Below, one piece after another: positions 10,543 through 19,186 of a DNA stretch of 64,000 nucleotides. This stretch comes from Candidatus Levyibacteriota bacterium (GTDB lineage Bacteria > Patescibacteriota > Microgenomatia > Levybacterales > UBA12049): contig CAWBPM010000002.1 of assembly GCA_963790825.1 (NCBI GenBank), forward strand, positions 4,721 through 68,720, in the 5' to 3' direction. How positions within the stretch are numbered: position 1 is the first letter of the stretch; each line of letters begins with the position of its first letter. A program made the translations under genes and the position numbers. Under the pieces are notes generated by a model. The model was given only the letters and a program-made list of their open reading frames with translations, had not been told where the DNA came from and searched no databases.

Positions 10543-11308
10543 TACTGCAACTACTACTTTTACATCACTTGGCTCTATCATCCTCGCCGGTGGGAAAGGA
10601 AAACGAATGGGTCTTACGGAAACGAATAAAGTTACGCTTATTCTGGGAAATAAACCGATCATTCAACACATCGTTCATTTCATGAAAAACATCGGACTTG
10701 AAAAAATTATAGTAGTTGTGGGGCACGCAAAAGAATCAGTAATGAATACATTGCAGGGAGAACGGGTATTATTTGCCGAACAAACAGAACAACTCGGTAC
10801 CGGACATGCAGTTGCGATTGCACTGGAAAAGTTAGCAAAAGAAGTTACCGATGTCTTTGTCGTGTATGGCGATGACGCGGTTATTTATATTGACGATCAT
10901 ATTTCAATTATCCGATCACTATTCGAAAAACATTTTCAAATGCACGCCGCATTAACGTTTCTTACCATTAATGTTTCAAACCCACAAGGGCTTGGAAGAA
11001 TTGTTCGAGACGTAAACGACGAAGTTCTGGCAATTGTTGAAGAAAAGGACGCAACTAATGCGCAGAGGAAAATTTGTGAAATTAATCCCGGATGTTTTGT
11101 ATTTAATGTCGAATTCTTGAAGAATTATCTTCCCAAAGTTAAAAAAAGTCCGGTTACAGGAGAGTATTATTTAACCAGTCTTATTGATATGGCAATTGAA
11201 AATAAGGAAATTGTAGAAACAGTAAAGGGTGGACGGCTAGCTTGGCGGGGTGTAAATACACCCGATGAGCTAAAAGAAGCAGAGCAATTCTTTACGAAAG
11301 GTTATTAA
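10535..11308 (+). CDS. glmU: GlmU-type N-acetylglucosamine-1-P uridylyltransferase domain only (no hexapeptide acetyltransferase domain)
   Basis: LAGGKGKRM, EQLGTGHA, GRIVRD, IVEEKDA, EIN, GEYYLT, GVNT; ends at 257 aa. Confidence 0.85.
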   Translation: MNNTATTTFTSLGSIILAGGKGKRMGLTETNKVTLILGNKPIIQHIVHFMKNIGLEKIIVVVGHAKESVMNTLQGERVLFAEQTEQLGTGHAVAIALEKLAKEVTDVFVVYGDDAVIYIDDHISIIRSLFEKHFQMHAALTFLTINVSNPQGLGRIVRDVNDEVLAIVEEKDATNAQRKICEINPGCFVFNVEFLKNYLPKVKKSPVTGEYYLTSLIDMAIENKEIVETVKGGRLAWRGVNTPDELKEAEQFFTKGY

Positions 11309-11311
11309 TGT

Positions 11312-11758
11312 ATGCAAGGTAATATCGTGGTTGAACAAGTGAAGACATTTTCTCCGCAGATTGCAGAATCAATCCGTAAACTCACCAAGCAACTAGATGA
11401 TCAATTTGAACCGTTATCCGATGAAGAGATAGAAGTAATGATAACATCGTCTTGCAATCATCTATTTGTCGCTCGTCACTCTGACAGTGACCTAATTATA
11501 GGAATGGTAACATTAATCCTATACAGAATACCTTATACAAAAAAAGGGATTGTCGAAGATTTAGTGGTAGATACATCATTTCGGGGACAAGGAATTGCCA
11601 AGAAGCTAATTAGTAGAGTTCTTAAAAAGGCCCAGGAAGAAGAAGTATATTATGTAGATTTAACCTCACAACCAATGCGTGAATCAGCCAATATTCTCTA
11701 CAAACAACTGGGGTTTGAGGAACGGAATACCAATTCCTATCGACTGAAATTACGATAA
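11312..11758 (+). CDS. GNAT acetyltransferase resembling glucosamine-6-phosphate N-acetyltransferase (GNA1-like)
   Basis: GIVEDLVVD..RGQGIAKKL, VDLTS, LYKQLGF; lies between glmU(N) and glmS. Confidence 0.75.
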   Translation: MQGNIVVEQVKTFSPQIAESIRKLTKQLDDQFEPLSDEEIEVMITSSCNHLFVARHSDSDLIIGMVTLILYRIPYTKKGIVEDLVVDTSFRGQGIAKKLISRVLKKAQEEEVYYVDLTSQPMRESANILYKQLGFEERNTNSYRLKLR

Positions 11759-12234
11759 TGGACATGAGAAAAGTTGTTTTATTTGATATAGACTATACAC
11801 TTTTTGACACAGATACATTTAAAAAGTCAGGCTTGGAGATGTATGCGCTTTACGAAGAAGTGATACCTGTTCTGGTAGAAATTGGGAAAATAGCAAAGTT
11901 GGGTATTTTCTCTGAAGGTGATGAGGATTTTCAACAAACAAAGCTCATAAAAACCAATTTACAGAAGTATTTTCCAAAAGAATATATCCATATCGCTCAG
12001 AAAAAAACAGATATCTTGGAAAAAATGTTAAAAGAATATACAGACCAACAGCTTTTTCTTGTTGATGATAAGTTACCTGTGCTGTATGACGCGAGCAGGA
12101 AACGGCCGGGACTATATACTATCTGGATTAAGCGCGGAAAATATGCTACAGTGCAGCAGGAAATTGCTGGATTTATACCCAACGCGACAATATTGAATTT
12201 GAAGGAAATAATCCCGATTATTACAGGTATCTAA
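11758..12234 (+). CDS. small HAD-superfamily phosphohydrolase
   Basis: Motif I FDIDYT, motif II FSEG, motif IV VDDK; TAATG stop/start overlap with the GNAT gene. Confidence 0.8.
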   Translation: MDMRKVVLFDIDYTLFDTDTFKKSGLEMYALYEEVIPVLVEIGKIAKLGIFSEGDEDFQQTKLIKTNLQKYFPKEYIHIAQKKTDILEKMLKEYTDQQLFLVDDKLPVLYDASRKRPGLYTIWIKRGKYATVQQEIAGFIPNATILNLKEIIPIITGI

Positions 12235-12406
12235 TATGTATGGAATTTTTGGAGCGGAGCGAATGAAATGAGTGAGCTCGCTTGCAAGCAAAGCGCAGAC
12301 AAGCGTGGGACGGAAGACGAAGTCTGAGTCCGCCTGCGATCCTGAGTTTCGAAGGATCAACAGGGGGTGGAGATGGGGAAGTAAAATTATGTGTGGAATT
12401 TTCGGA
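12235..12406 (+). mobile_element. 153-bp hairpin-rich insertion with duplicated glmS start (REP/MITE-like)
   Basis: tatgtatggaatttttgga (12235-12253) vs tatgtgtggaattttcgga (12388-12406), 17/19 identical; internal hairpins cgcttg/caagcg and cctg-gatcct/aggatc-cagg. Confidence 0.7.
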
Positions 12407-14149
12407 TACGTCGGAAAACAGAATGATGCTGCCCAAATAATCCTTAAGGGACTAAAACTTCTCGAATACAGAGGTTATGATTCGTGGGGAATCGCGGTTA
12501 AAGAAGCAGGCAAATTAACCTTAGAAAAGCACGTTGGGAAAATTGGTAATGCCGAGACGGTCCTTCCTCAAAGTAGGCTGGGAATTGGACATACCAGATG
12601 GGCAACACATGGGGGCGTAACTGTTGCTAACGCGCATCCGCACCTGGATTGTACGAAAACAATTGCAGTTGTCCATAATGGTATTATTGAGAACTTTCAA
12701 GAATTAAAAGACGATTTGCTGAAAAAAGGACATGTATTTCTTTCAGAAACTGATACAGAAATATTACCGCATTTGATTGAAGAAAATTTAAAGAAAGAAG
12801 GTTTTGCCTCTGCAGTCAGAGATACGTTTAATACACTTCACGGTATGAACGCAATAGTCGCCCTCTTTGCTCCCTCCCAGGAAATTATTGCTGCAAAAAA
12901 CGGATCACCAATGGTGGTGGGAATTGGAAAAAATGAATTATTTGTTGCTTCGGATGTCTCAGGAATTATTCAACATACCCGCGACGTTTTATTTCTCAAA
13001 GATCACGAAATGGTAATTTTAGGTAAAGACATGCAACTGCTTAAACTTCCAAATGGTGAAAAATTATCGCCAAATATTGAAACAGCTGACTGGAAAATAG
13101 AAGACAGCCAAAAAGATGATTTCCCACATTTTATGATTAAGGAAATTAACGAGCAGCCGAGAATTATGCGCAATATTGCCGGAAATTACCTAGACCAAAT
13201 CACAAGAATAAGTGAGACGATAAAATCTTCCAGAGGAACTTTTTTCATTGGTGCAGGTACGGCATTTCATGCTTGTCTGGCCGGAACATATCTTTTTTCC
13301 AAGATTTCACATGTTCACGTGAATACTGCTGTAGCATCGGAATTTAATTATCTGGAGGATTTTCTAACCAAGGAGAGTTTGGTTATTGCACTGTCTCAGT
13401 CGGGAGAAACGATCGATGTCATTGAACCGTTGAATAGAGCGAGAGAAAAAGGCAGCAGGATTGTGGCGATTGTGAATGCGCTTGGATCGAGTATTTATCG
13501 GATGTCTGATGATAGACTTCTTCTTAATGCCGGTACTGAGAAAGCTGTTGCCTCGACTAAAGCGTATATTGCAAAGCTAACTGTCTTACTACTTCTCTCA
13601 TACGCGATGATAGGAAAAGTAAATGAGGCGGCTGCTCTTGTTATGCGGGCGGCGGATGAAATAGAGAAACTATTAGAAGAGGAGAGTCTGGAAAAGCTGA
13701 AAAATATTGTCAAAGTACTCAGTAAATCTGAACACATCTATGTTATTGGCCGAGGGATGTCATATGCATCCTCACTTGAAGCAGCCCTGAAGATAAAGGA
13801 AGTAAGCTACATTCATACCGAAGGACTGGCAGGCGGAGAACTAAAGCACGGAACCATCGCATTAATTTCCGAGGGTACTCCTTGCATTGTTTTTGCACCG
13901 TCCGATGAAACCTATGATGCTATGATTTCAAATGCCACAGAAATTAAAGCTCGTGGAGGAATTATCATCGGCATTGGTACGAAAAAATCTGCAGTATTTG
14001 ACTACTGGATAGAAATTGCAAACTTAAAAGATGCAAATATTCTCAGTCAAATTATTCCCGCTCAGCTCTTAGCCTACTACTTAGCGACTCGAAAAGGTCT
14101 TGATCCGGACAAACCAAGAAATCTAGCCAAAAGTGTTACGGTAAAGTGA
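12389..14149 (+). CDS. glmS: glutamine--fructose-6-phosphate aminotransferase GlmS
   Basis: MCGIFG Ntn start, LEYRGYDS, GHTRWATHG, SQSGET, AVASTK, ELKHG, PRNLAKSVTVK. Confidence 0.96.
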   Translation: MCGIFGYVGKQNDAAQIILKGLKLLEYRGYDSWGIAVKEAGKLTLEKHVGKIGNAETVLPQSRLGIGHTRWATHGGVTVANAHPHLDCTKTIAVVHNGIIENFQELKDDLLKKGHVFLSETDTEILPHLIEENLKKEGFASAVRDTFNTLHGMNAIVALFAPSQEIIAAKNGSPMVVGIGKNELFVASDVSGIIQHTRDVLFLKDHEMVILGKDMQLLKLPNGEKLSPNIETADWKIEDSQKDDFPHFMIKEINEQPRIMRNIAGNYLDQITRISETIKSSRGTFFIGAGTAFHACLAGTYLFSKISHVHVNTAVASEFNYLEDFLTKESLVIALSQSGETIDVIEPLNRAREKGSRIVAIVNALGSSIYRMSDDRLLLNAGTEKAVASTKAYIAKLTVLLLLSYAMIGKVNEAAALVMRAADEIEKLLEEESLEKLKNIVKVLSKSEHIYVIGRGMSYASSLEAALKIKEVSYIHTEGLAGGELKHGTIALISEGTPCIVFAPSDETYDAMISNATEIKARGGIIIGIGTKKSAVFDYWIEIANLKDANILSQIIPAQLLAYYLATRKGLDPDKPRNLAKSVTVK

Positions 14150-14191
14150 AAAAATCTTTCCCCTGCCCTTCTATTTTTCTGATTCAATGGT

Positions 14192-15385
14192 ATGAGTACG
14201 CTTGTTACTTTCATTAGTATTGCGTTTTTTATATGGATACTGCGAAGTATTTTGTTTTGGGTAACCATTTGGCAAAAAAGCAATTACCACCTGCGTGAAT
14301 TTTTTACCTTTGAAAAACGTTATCATCTACGGTCGAAAATTTCCGTCTATTTCTCTTACTTAAAATTATTATTAATCGCCGGATATGGCATCGTTGTTTT
14401 TCACGATAACTTACTTCTTTCTTATCAAATCCTGGTAACAAGTGTAATCTTGCTGCAATTACTTTTCATATTTCGCGAGATAATTTCCGGGACATTTACT
14501 TTCCCCAAACTTACACTGAAAACCATAACGATTTCTTTGCTTACCTTCATTATTATTTATGGTTTGTTCTCTCTCTATTTAGTTGAACAATTTTTCTTCT
14601 TTTTACTTCTTGACAGAATGGTTCCAATTCTTGTCATGATGTTTGTGTTTCTCTTCTCATTCCCATCTGAGATATATGAAGATGTAGAACTGGAACAAGC
14701 GGCAAAAAGAATCCAAAAAAATCCGGATTTAATACGAGTACTAATCGTTGGAGAAGGGTTTGGGATAAGAGAATATCTGACCCAAATGCTGGAAACAAAA
14801 TTCTCAATTTTATCACTGTCATCAAAAGAAAACTCTCTGCTTGATATAGCGCGAATTATTTTAAAAAAAATAGATATATCTCTTAAAATTTGTCTTATCG
14901 AAACGAAAACAGACCCTAAAGATACTCTAACTGCGTTAATAGAAATTCTTAATCCGCAAATCGTCGTTTTCGCAGATTGCAGAACAGAAAAAGAGTATGA
15001 TGAGTTTAAAGTACTGCTCCGCACATTACCTCGCAATAGTGAGATTCTCTTTAATGGGACGAATACTAGACTTTTTAAGCTCTATATCAAAACACGTCGG
15101 TTTTTAGGCAAACAGAGAAACATTATTTATACATTTACCGAGGACAAAACAAAAGCTATGTATGCATTACCCGCAAAAGTTCCCGGGCTTTTCGCATATC
15201 GCTTTCTGAATAAAAAAAGGAAAACATACGTAAAAATGGTAAAGAACACTAAAAGTACCCAATTAATATTACCAAGTAGCGACAGGGAGGAGGTGGAAAA
15301 GATACTTCCGGTTATTTTTATCGCAGACTATCTGGGAATCAGCCGGGAAGAGATTGAAAAAAATATAACCTCACTACTATCCTAA
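14192..15385 (+). CDS. membrane-anchored MurF-like protein, degenerate (no P-loop, no C-terminal domain)
   Basis: N-terminal TM region (FWVTIWQ..NY.L..F), then a Mur central-domain-like pattern (NSLLDIA..IL....LIE...P.I....L...LP.....FNGTN); immediately upstream of mraY. Confidence 0.65.
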   Translation: MSTLVTFISIAFFIWILRSILFWVTIWQKSNYHLREFFTFEKRYHLRSKISVYFSYLKLLLIAGYGIVVFHDNLLLSYQILVTSVILLQLLFIFREIISGTFTFPKLTLKTITISLLTFIIIYGLFSLYLVEQFFFFLLLDRMVPILVMMFVFLFSFPSEIYEDVELEQAAKRIQKNPDLIRVLIVGEGFGIREYLTQMLETKFSILSLSSKENSLLDIARIILKKIDISLKICLIETKTDPKDTLTALIEILNPQIVVFADCRTEKEYDEFKVLLRTLPRNSEILFNGTNTRLFKLYIKTRRFLGKQRNIIYTFTEDKTKAMYALPAKVPGLFAYRFLNKKRKTYVKMVKNTKSTQLILPSSDREEVEKILPVIFIADYLGISREEIEKNITSLLS

Positions 15386-15410
15386 ATTTGTTTCAATAAA
15401 GCTCTTCTAT

Positions 15411-15439
15411 TTGAATAAAAAAAGGCGGAAGAGTATAAT
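15411..15439 (+). promoter_or_regulatory. sigma70-type promoter for mraY
   Basis: TTGAAT-17 bp-TATAAT, 8 nt before ATG 15448. Confidence 0.6.
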
Positions 15440-15447
15440 AATAACCT

Positions 15448-16455
15448 ATGGCAGAAATTCTGGGACTTATTATCATGTCCTGCTTCATTTCAGCAATTCT
15501 TTTCGTACCATTTATTGACTTTCTCTATAAAATTAAGCTCAGGCGGCAAAAACAACAAACCCGCGATATGTTTGATAAGAGAACTCCGCTTTTTGATAAA
15601 TATAATTCATGGAAAGTCGGTACGCCATTTGGTGGAGGTATACTGATCATCCTCCTGGTAACGATACTTTCTTTCTGGGCCTACGGAATTTTTGCCATAA
15701 AAGCTAATCCATGGGAAATGTTTGTCATTTTTTTCTCATTTATTAGCTTCGGTTTACTGGGACTTTATGATGATTTGAGAAAATTGGTAAACAATAGGAA
15801 GAATCCTTTCTGGGGCTTGCGCTTCAGACATAAGTTTTTTATCCAGTGGATACTTGCTTTTATCGTCGCTTCAGCTCTCTTTTTCCAACTCCACATCTCG
15901 TTTATTAATATTCACTGGATCGGGAAAATAGAAATTGGCATGCTTTTTATACCGTTTGCTGCTTTTATCATCGTGGCATTTGTCAACGCATTCAATATTA
16001 CTGATGGCCTGGATGGCTTGGCCTCTGGCGTTCTACTTATTTGTTTAACTGCATTTTTACTTATCACGCAATTTCTTGATCCCACGCTTGGAGTATTTAT
16101 CGCAGTACTTCTTGGTTCAATCATAGCATTTCTTTACTTTAATATTTATAAAGCCAGGTTATGGTTGGGTGACGTAGGATCACTATCGCTGGGTGCTGCG
16201 CTTGCGGTTATCGGACTGTTAACCGGAAAGACCCTAGCTTTAGGTGTAATCGGCGGCGTATTTGTCCTGGAAGTAGCATCTTCCTTAATGCAGCTTATGT
16301 CTAAGAAATATCTGGGAAGAAAAATTATACCGGCAGCGCCTCTCCATTTATATTTTCTGAAACGAGGGTGGGAAGAGCCGAAAATAGTCATGCGTACTTG
16401 GTTAATTGGAATTTTTTTCGCAATAATCGGTTTATATACCGCTCTCGCCAGTTAA
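15448..16455 (+). CDS. mraY: phospho-MurNAc-pentapeptide transferase MraY
   Basis: K.GTP.GGG, GLYDD, NAFNITDGLDG, LGDVGS, APLH, multiple TM helices. Confidence 0.93.
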   Translation: MAEILGLIIMSCFISAILFVPFIDFLYKIKLRRQKQQTRDMFDKRTPLFDKYNSWKVGTPFGGGILIILLVTILSFWAYGIFAIKANPWEMFVIFFSFISFGLLGLYDDLRKLVNNRKNPFWGLRFRHKFFIQWILAFIVASALFFQLHISFINIHWIGKIEIGMLFIPFAAFIIVAFVNAFNITDGLDGLASGVLLICLTAFLLITQFLDPTLGVFIAVLLGSIIAFLYFNIYKARLWLGDVGSLSLGAALAVIGLLTGKTLALGVIGGVFVLEVASSLMQLMSKKYLGRKIIPAAPLHLYFLKRGWEEPKIVMRTWLIGIFFAIIGLYTALAS

Positions 16456-16476
16456 CAGCAGTTAACGCCAGTTAAT
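16447..16476 (+). repeat. three 10-nt tandem units across the mraY stop codon
   Basis: gccagttaac agcagttaac gccagttaat. Confidence 0.7.
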
Positions 16477-16563
16477 CTTCCAATATTTTGCATCTTCGTT
16501 ATAATCAAAACAAAAGCACAGTAATGAAAATAATCGTAATTTCTTATACAATAGATACTAACT

Positions 16564-17658
16564 ATGAAACGAATTGACCACCTGTTAATCTTAACAATTG
16601 TCATACTGACTGTATTTGGCTTGCTAATGGTCTATAATGCGTCATCGGTTATCGCTTTCAGAAATTTCGGAGACAAATACCATTTTATTAAAGATCAATC
16701 TGTCTATGCTGCATTGGGATTTGTCTCACTTATTTTCTTTTCATTTTTCGACTATAGAAAATTGCACAAATTTTCTCTTCCGATATTTATTACTGCTATC
16801 GTTCTTTTGGCTCTTGTATTTATTCCTGGTATCGGTATTAAGGTCTTAGGGGCGCACCGGTGGGTAAATATGGGTCTGTTTATTATCCAGCCTACAGAGT
16901 TTGCGAAGCTCAGCTTGGCTATCTATATGGCTGCCTGGTTTTCTAAGAAAAATAAAGGCAGGCTTTTTTCTTTTGGGCTTTTAACAGGATTAGTATTACT
17001 GCTGATTATGGCCGAGCCGGATATGGGCACTGCTTCAATTATTTTGTTTGAGGCAATCGTTATCTATTTTCTTTCAGGTGCGGGTATCGGCCAGTTTGTT
17101 CTTATGACGCCTATTATTGCTATATTTGGCATTGTCTTTATTATTTTGGAACCATATCGTCTTTCTCGACTCACCACGTTTCTTAACTTGGGCCAATCTT
17201 TTCAAGGTGCGTCATATCAAGTAAGACAAGTACTTATCGGGATCGGATCGGGAGGCATTTTTGGAGTAGGACTCGGCAATTCTTTGCAAAAATATTCCTA
17301 CCTGCCGGAAATCTCAACCGATTCGATATTTGCGGTAATTGCCGAGGAGTTGGGTTTTATCGGGTCAACAATTCTAATTATCGCTTTTATGATAATTATT
17401 TGGCGGGGATTTTATATTGCTTCCCGTTCTTCAGACACATTTGGTAAGCTTCTCGCTGGGGGAATTACATCATTTTTGGGCATTCAAATGGTAATTAATC
17501 TTGCTGCGATGACAGCTCTCCTGCCCTTAACAGGCGTTCCTCTGCCTTTTATTTCTTACGGGGGTTCATCACTGGTTATTGATTTAAGCTCGATTGGTAT
17601 TCTTCTTAGTATTTCGCGAATACATACAAAACAAATGAAGCAAATAAGAAAAAAATGA
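16564..17658 (+). CDS. ftsW: SEDS peptidoglycan polymerase FtsW
   Basis: GAHRW, QPTEFAK, EPDMG, YLPE..TDSIFAVIAEELG, PLTGVPLPFISYGGSS; precedes murG. Confidence 0.92.
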   Translation: MKRIDHLLILTIVILTVFGLLMVYNASSVIAFRNFGDKYHFIKDQSVYAALGFVSLIFFSFFDYRKLHKFSLPIFITAIVLLALVFIPGIGIKVLGAHRWVNMGLFIIQPTEFAKLSLAIYMAAWFSKKNKGRLFSFGLLTGLVLLLIMAEPDMGTASIILFEAIVIYFLSGAGIGQFVLMTPIIAIFGIVFIILEPYRLSRLTTFLNLGQSFQGASYQVRQVLIGIGSGGIFGVGLGNSLQKYSYLPEISTDSIFAVIAEELGFIGSTILIIAFMIIIWRGFYIASRSSDTFGKLLAGGITSFLGIQMVINLAAMTALLPLTGVPLPFISYGGSSLVIDLSSIGILLSISRIHTKQMKQIRKK

Positions 17659-18776
17659 AAATTGCAATAATAGGCGGACATCTCGCGCCGGCTTTAGCAG
17701 TGATCGACGCATTACCGATTGATACGGAAATAGTTTTTATCGGTAGAAAATATGTCTTTGAAGCGGATAAAACCATTTCTTTGGAATATCAAACTATAAC
17801 CGACAGAAAAATTCCTTTTGAGATACTAAATACTGGAAGACTTCAGCGAAAGATCACGAAATATACAGTCCTGTCTTTGCTTAAATTGCCGATTGGCTTA
17901 CCACAAGCTATACGAATCCTAACAAGACATAAGCCCGATATCGTTTTAGGATTTGGTGGCTATCTATCAGTGCCCGTTATCACTGCGGCATATCTTATGC
18001 AGATTCCCTCAGTTATTCATGAGCAAACGTTAGGAGCAGGACTGGCAAATAAACTGATAGCGGTTTTTGCCAGGAAGATATGCATATCGTGGGAAAGTTC
18101 ACGAAAATTTTTCCCAGCCGCAAAAACTATTTTAACCGGGAATCCGGTACGGAAAGAAATTATAGAAGCTGAAAAACGAGAAAAGGAGGAACATGGGGAA
18201 AATGTCCTACCGACAATTTATATTACCGGCGGAAGCAGCGGATCTCATGCGATCAATATGCTGCTTCTGGGTTCGGCTGAGAAGCTTTTACAGAAGTACC
18301 ATCTTGTTCATCAAACAGGAGATGCCCAAAAATTCCAGGATTTCCAAAAGCTCGAGGAGCTTAAAAATACTTTACCTGAGAAAATGAGAGCAGACTATAC
18401 GATCCGAAAATTTATTGCACCTTCCGAAGTAGCAGAAAGAATTGCAAACGCCGATCTCGTAATATCGCGTTCAGGAATAAATACGGTTACCGAGTTATTA
18501 TATCTTAAGAAACCGGCGCTTCTCATCCCATTGCCTTTCAGTCAGAATAATGAACAGCTGGAGAATGCAAACTTTCTCAGAAAAGTCGGCCTGGCAGAAG
18601 TATATATACAGTCTTCGCTCACACAGGATATTTTCACAGATGTTGTTGAGCGGATGATGCAAGAAAGAAAACAATATACAATAAAAGAAGAGCTTGCTCT
18701 GCATAGAGACGCAACAGAAAAAATCATTGAGGTAATACTGCATGTGGCAAAGGAAAAGAAAAGTAAAACTTCGTAG
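17655..18776 (+). CDS. murG: MurG GlcNAc transferase
   Basis: GGH..PA, GFGGY, HEQ, TGNP, GGSSGS, SRSG, EQ..NA. Confidence 0.93.
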   Translation: MKIAIIGGHLAPALAVIDALPIDTEIVFIGRKYVFEADKTISLEYQTITDRKIPFEILNTGRLQRKITKYTVLSLLKLPIGLPQAIRILTRHKPDIVLGFGGYLSVPVITAAYLMQIPSVIHEQTLGAGLANKLIAVFARKICISWESSRKFFPAAKTILTGNPVRKEIIEAEKREKEEHGENVLPTIYITGGSSGSHAINMLLLGSAEKLLQKYHLVHQTGDAQKFQDFQKLEELKNTLPEKMRADYTIRKFIAPSEVAERIANADLVISRSGINTVTELLYLKKPALLIPLPFSQNNEQLENANFLRKVGLAEVYIQSSLTQDIFTDVVERMMQERKQYTIKEELALHRDATEKIIEVILHVAKEKKSKTS

Positions 18777-19185
18777 ACAAACGCAAAAAAAACATCGTTT
18801 TACTCTGCCAATTATTCTGGCTGTCATTGTTCTGCTTATTGGCAGTATGATCTATGCAGTTTTTTATTTACTTAATAAACCGCTTTTTGTGAGTCCTGTC
18901 GGAATTCTGACAATGAATCATCCGGAGCCTCAGGAACAGAAAAGCGTAGATAGGGTCAAACATTTATTGAAACAAAACAAAATAGCGTTCAAATCGATAA
19001 AACTTAGCTCGCAAAATACTGTTATAATAAGCTTGAGAGATCAAGGAGAAGTAATCTTAAACAGTAAAGGGAATATAGAGGCGCAAATCTCCTCTTTACA
19101 ATACATCCTTACTCGTCTTACAATGGAAGGTAAGCGCTTTTCACGACTTGATATGGAATTTAATAAACCTATAATAAATTTTTAG
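18742..19185 (+). CDS. ftsQ: short FtsQ/DivIB-like division protein
   Basis: Basic N-terminal tail, one TM helix, C-terminal RLDMEFNKPII resembling the DLRF motif; between murG and ftsA. Confidence 0.6.
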   Translation: MWQRKRKVKLRRQTQKKHRFTLPIILAVIVLLIGSMIYAVFYLLNKPLFVSPVGILTMNHPEPQEQKSVDRVKHLLKQNKIAFKSIKLSSQNTVIISLRDQGEVILNSKGNIEAQISSLQYILTRLTMEGKRFSRLDMEFNKPIINF

Positions 19186-19186
19186 C

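Noticed and set aside
12288-12388. glmS ribozyme in the glmS leader
   Set aside because: AGCGC and GACGAAG loosely echo the ribozyme core, but the expected AGCGCC...GACGAGG and downstream pseudoknot segments are not recognisable, and the sequence is better explained by the repeat shared with ileS. An Infernal search with the Rfam glmS model would settle it.
12272-12388. 39-aa N-terminal extension of GlmS in the ORF track
   Set aside because: GlmS needs Cys at the mature N-terminus; the true start is ATG 12389 and the extension is read-through of the inserted element.
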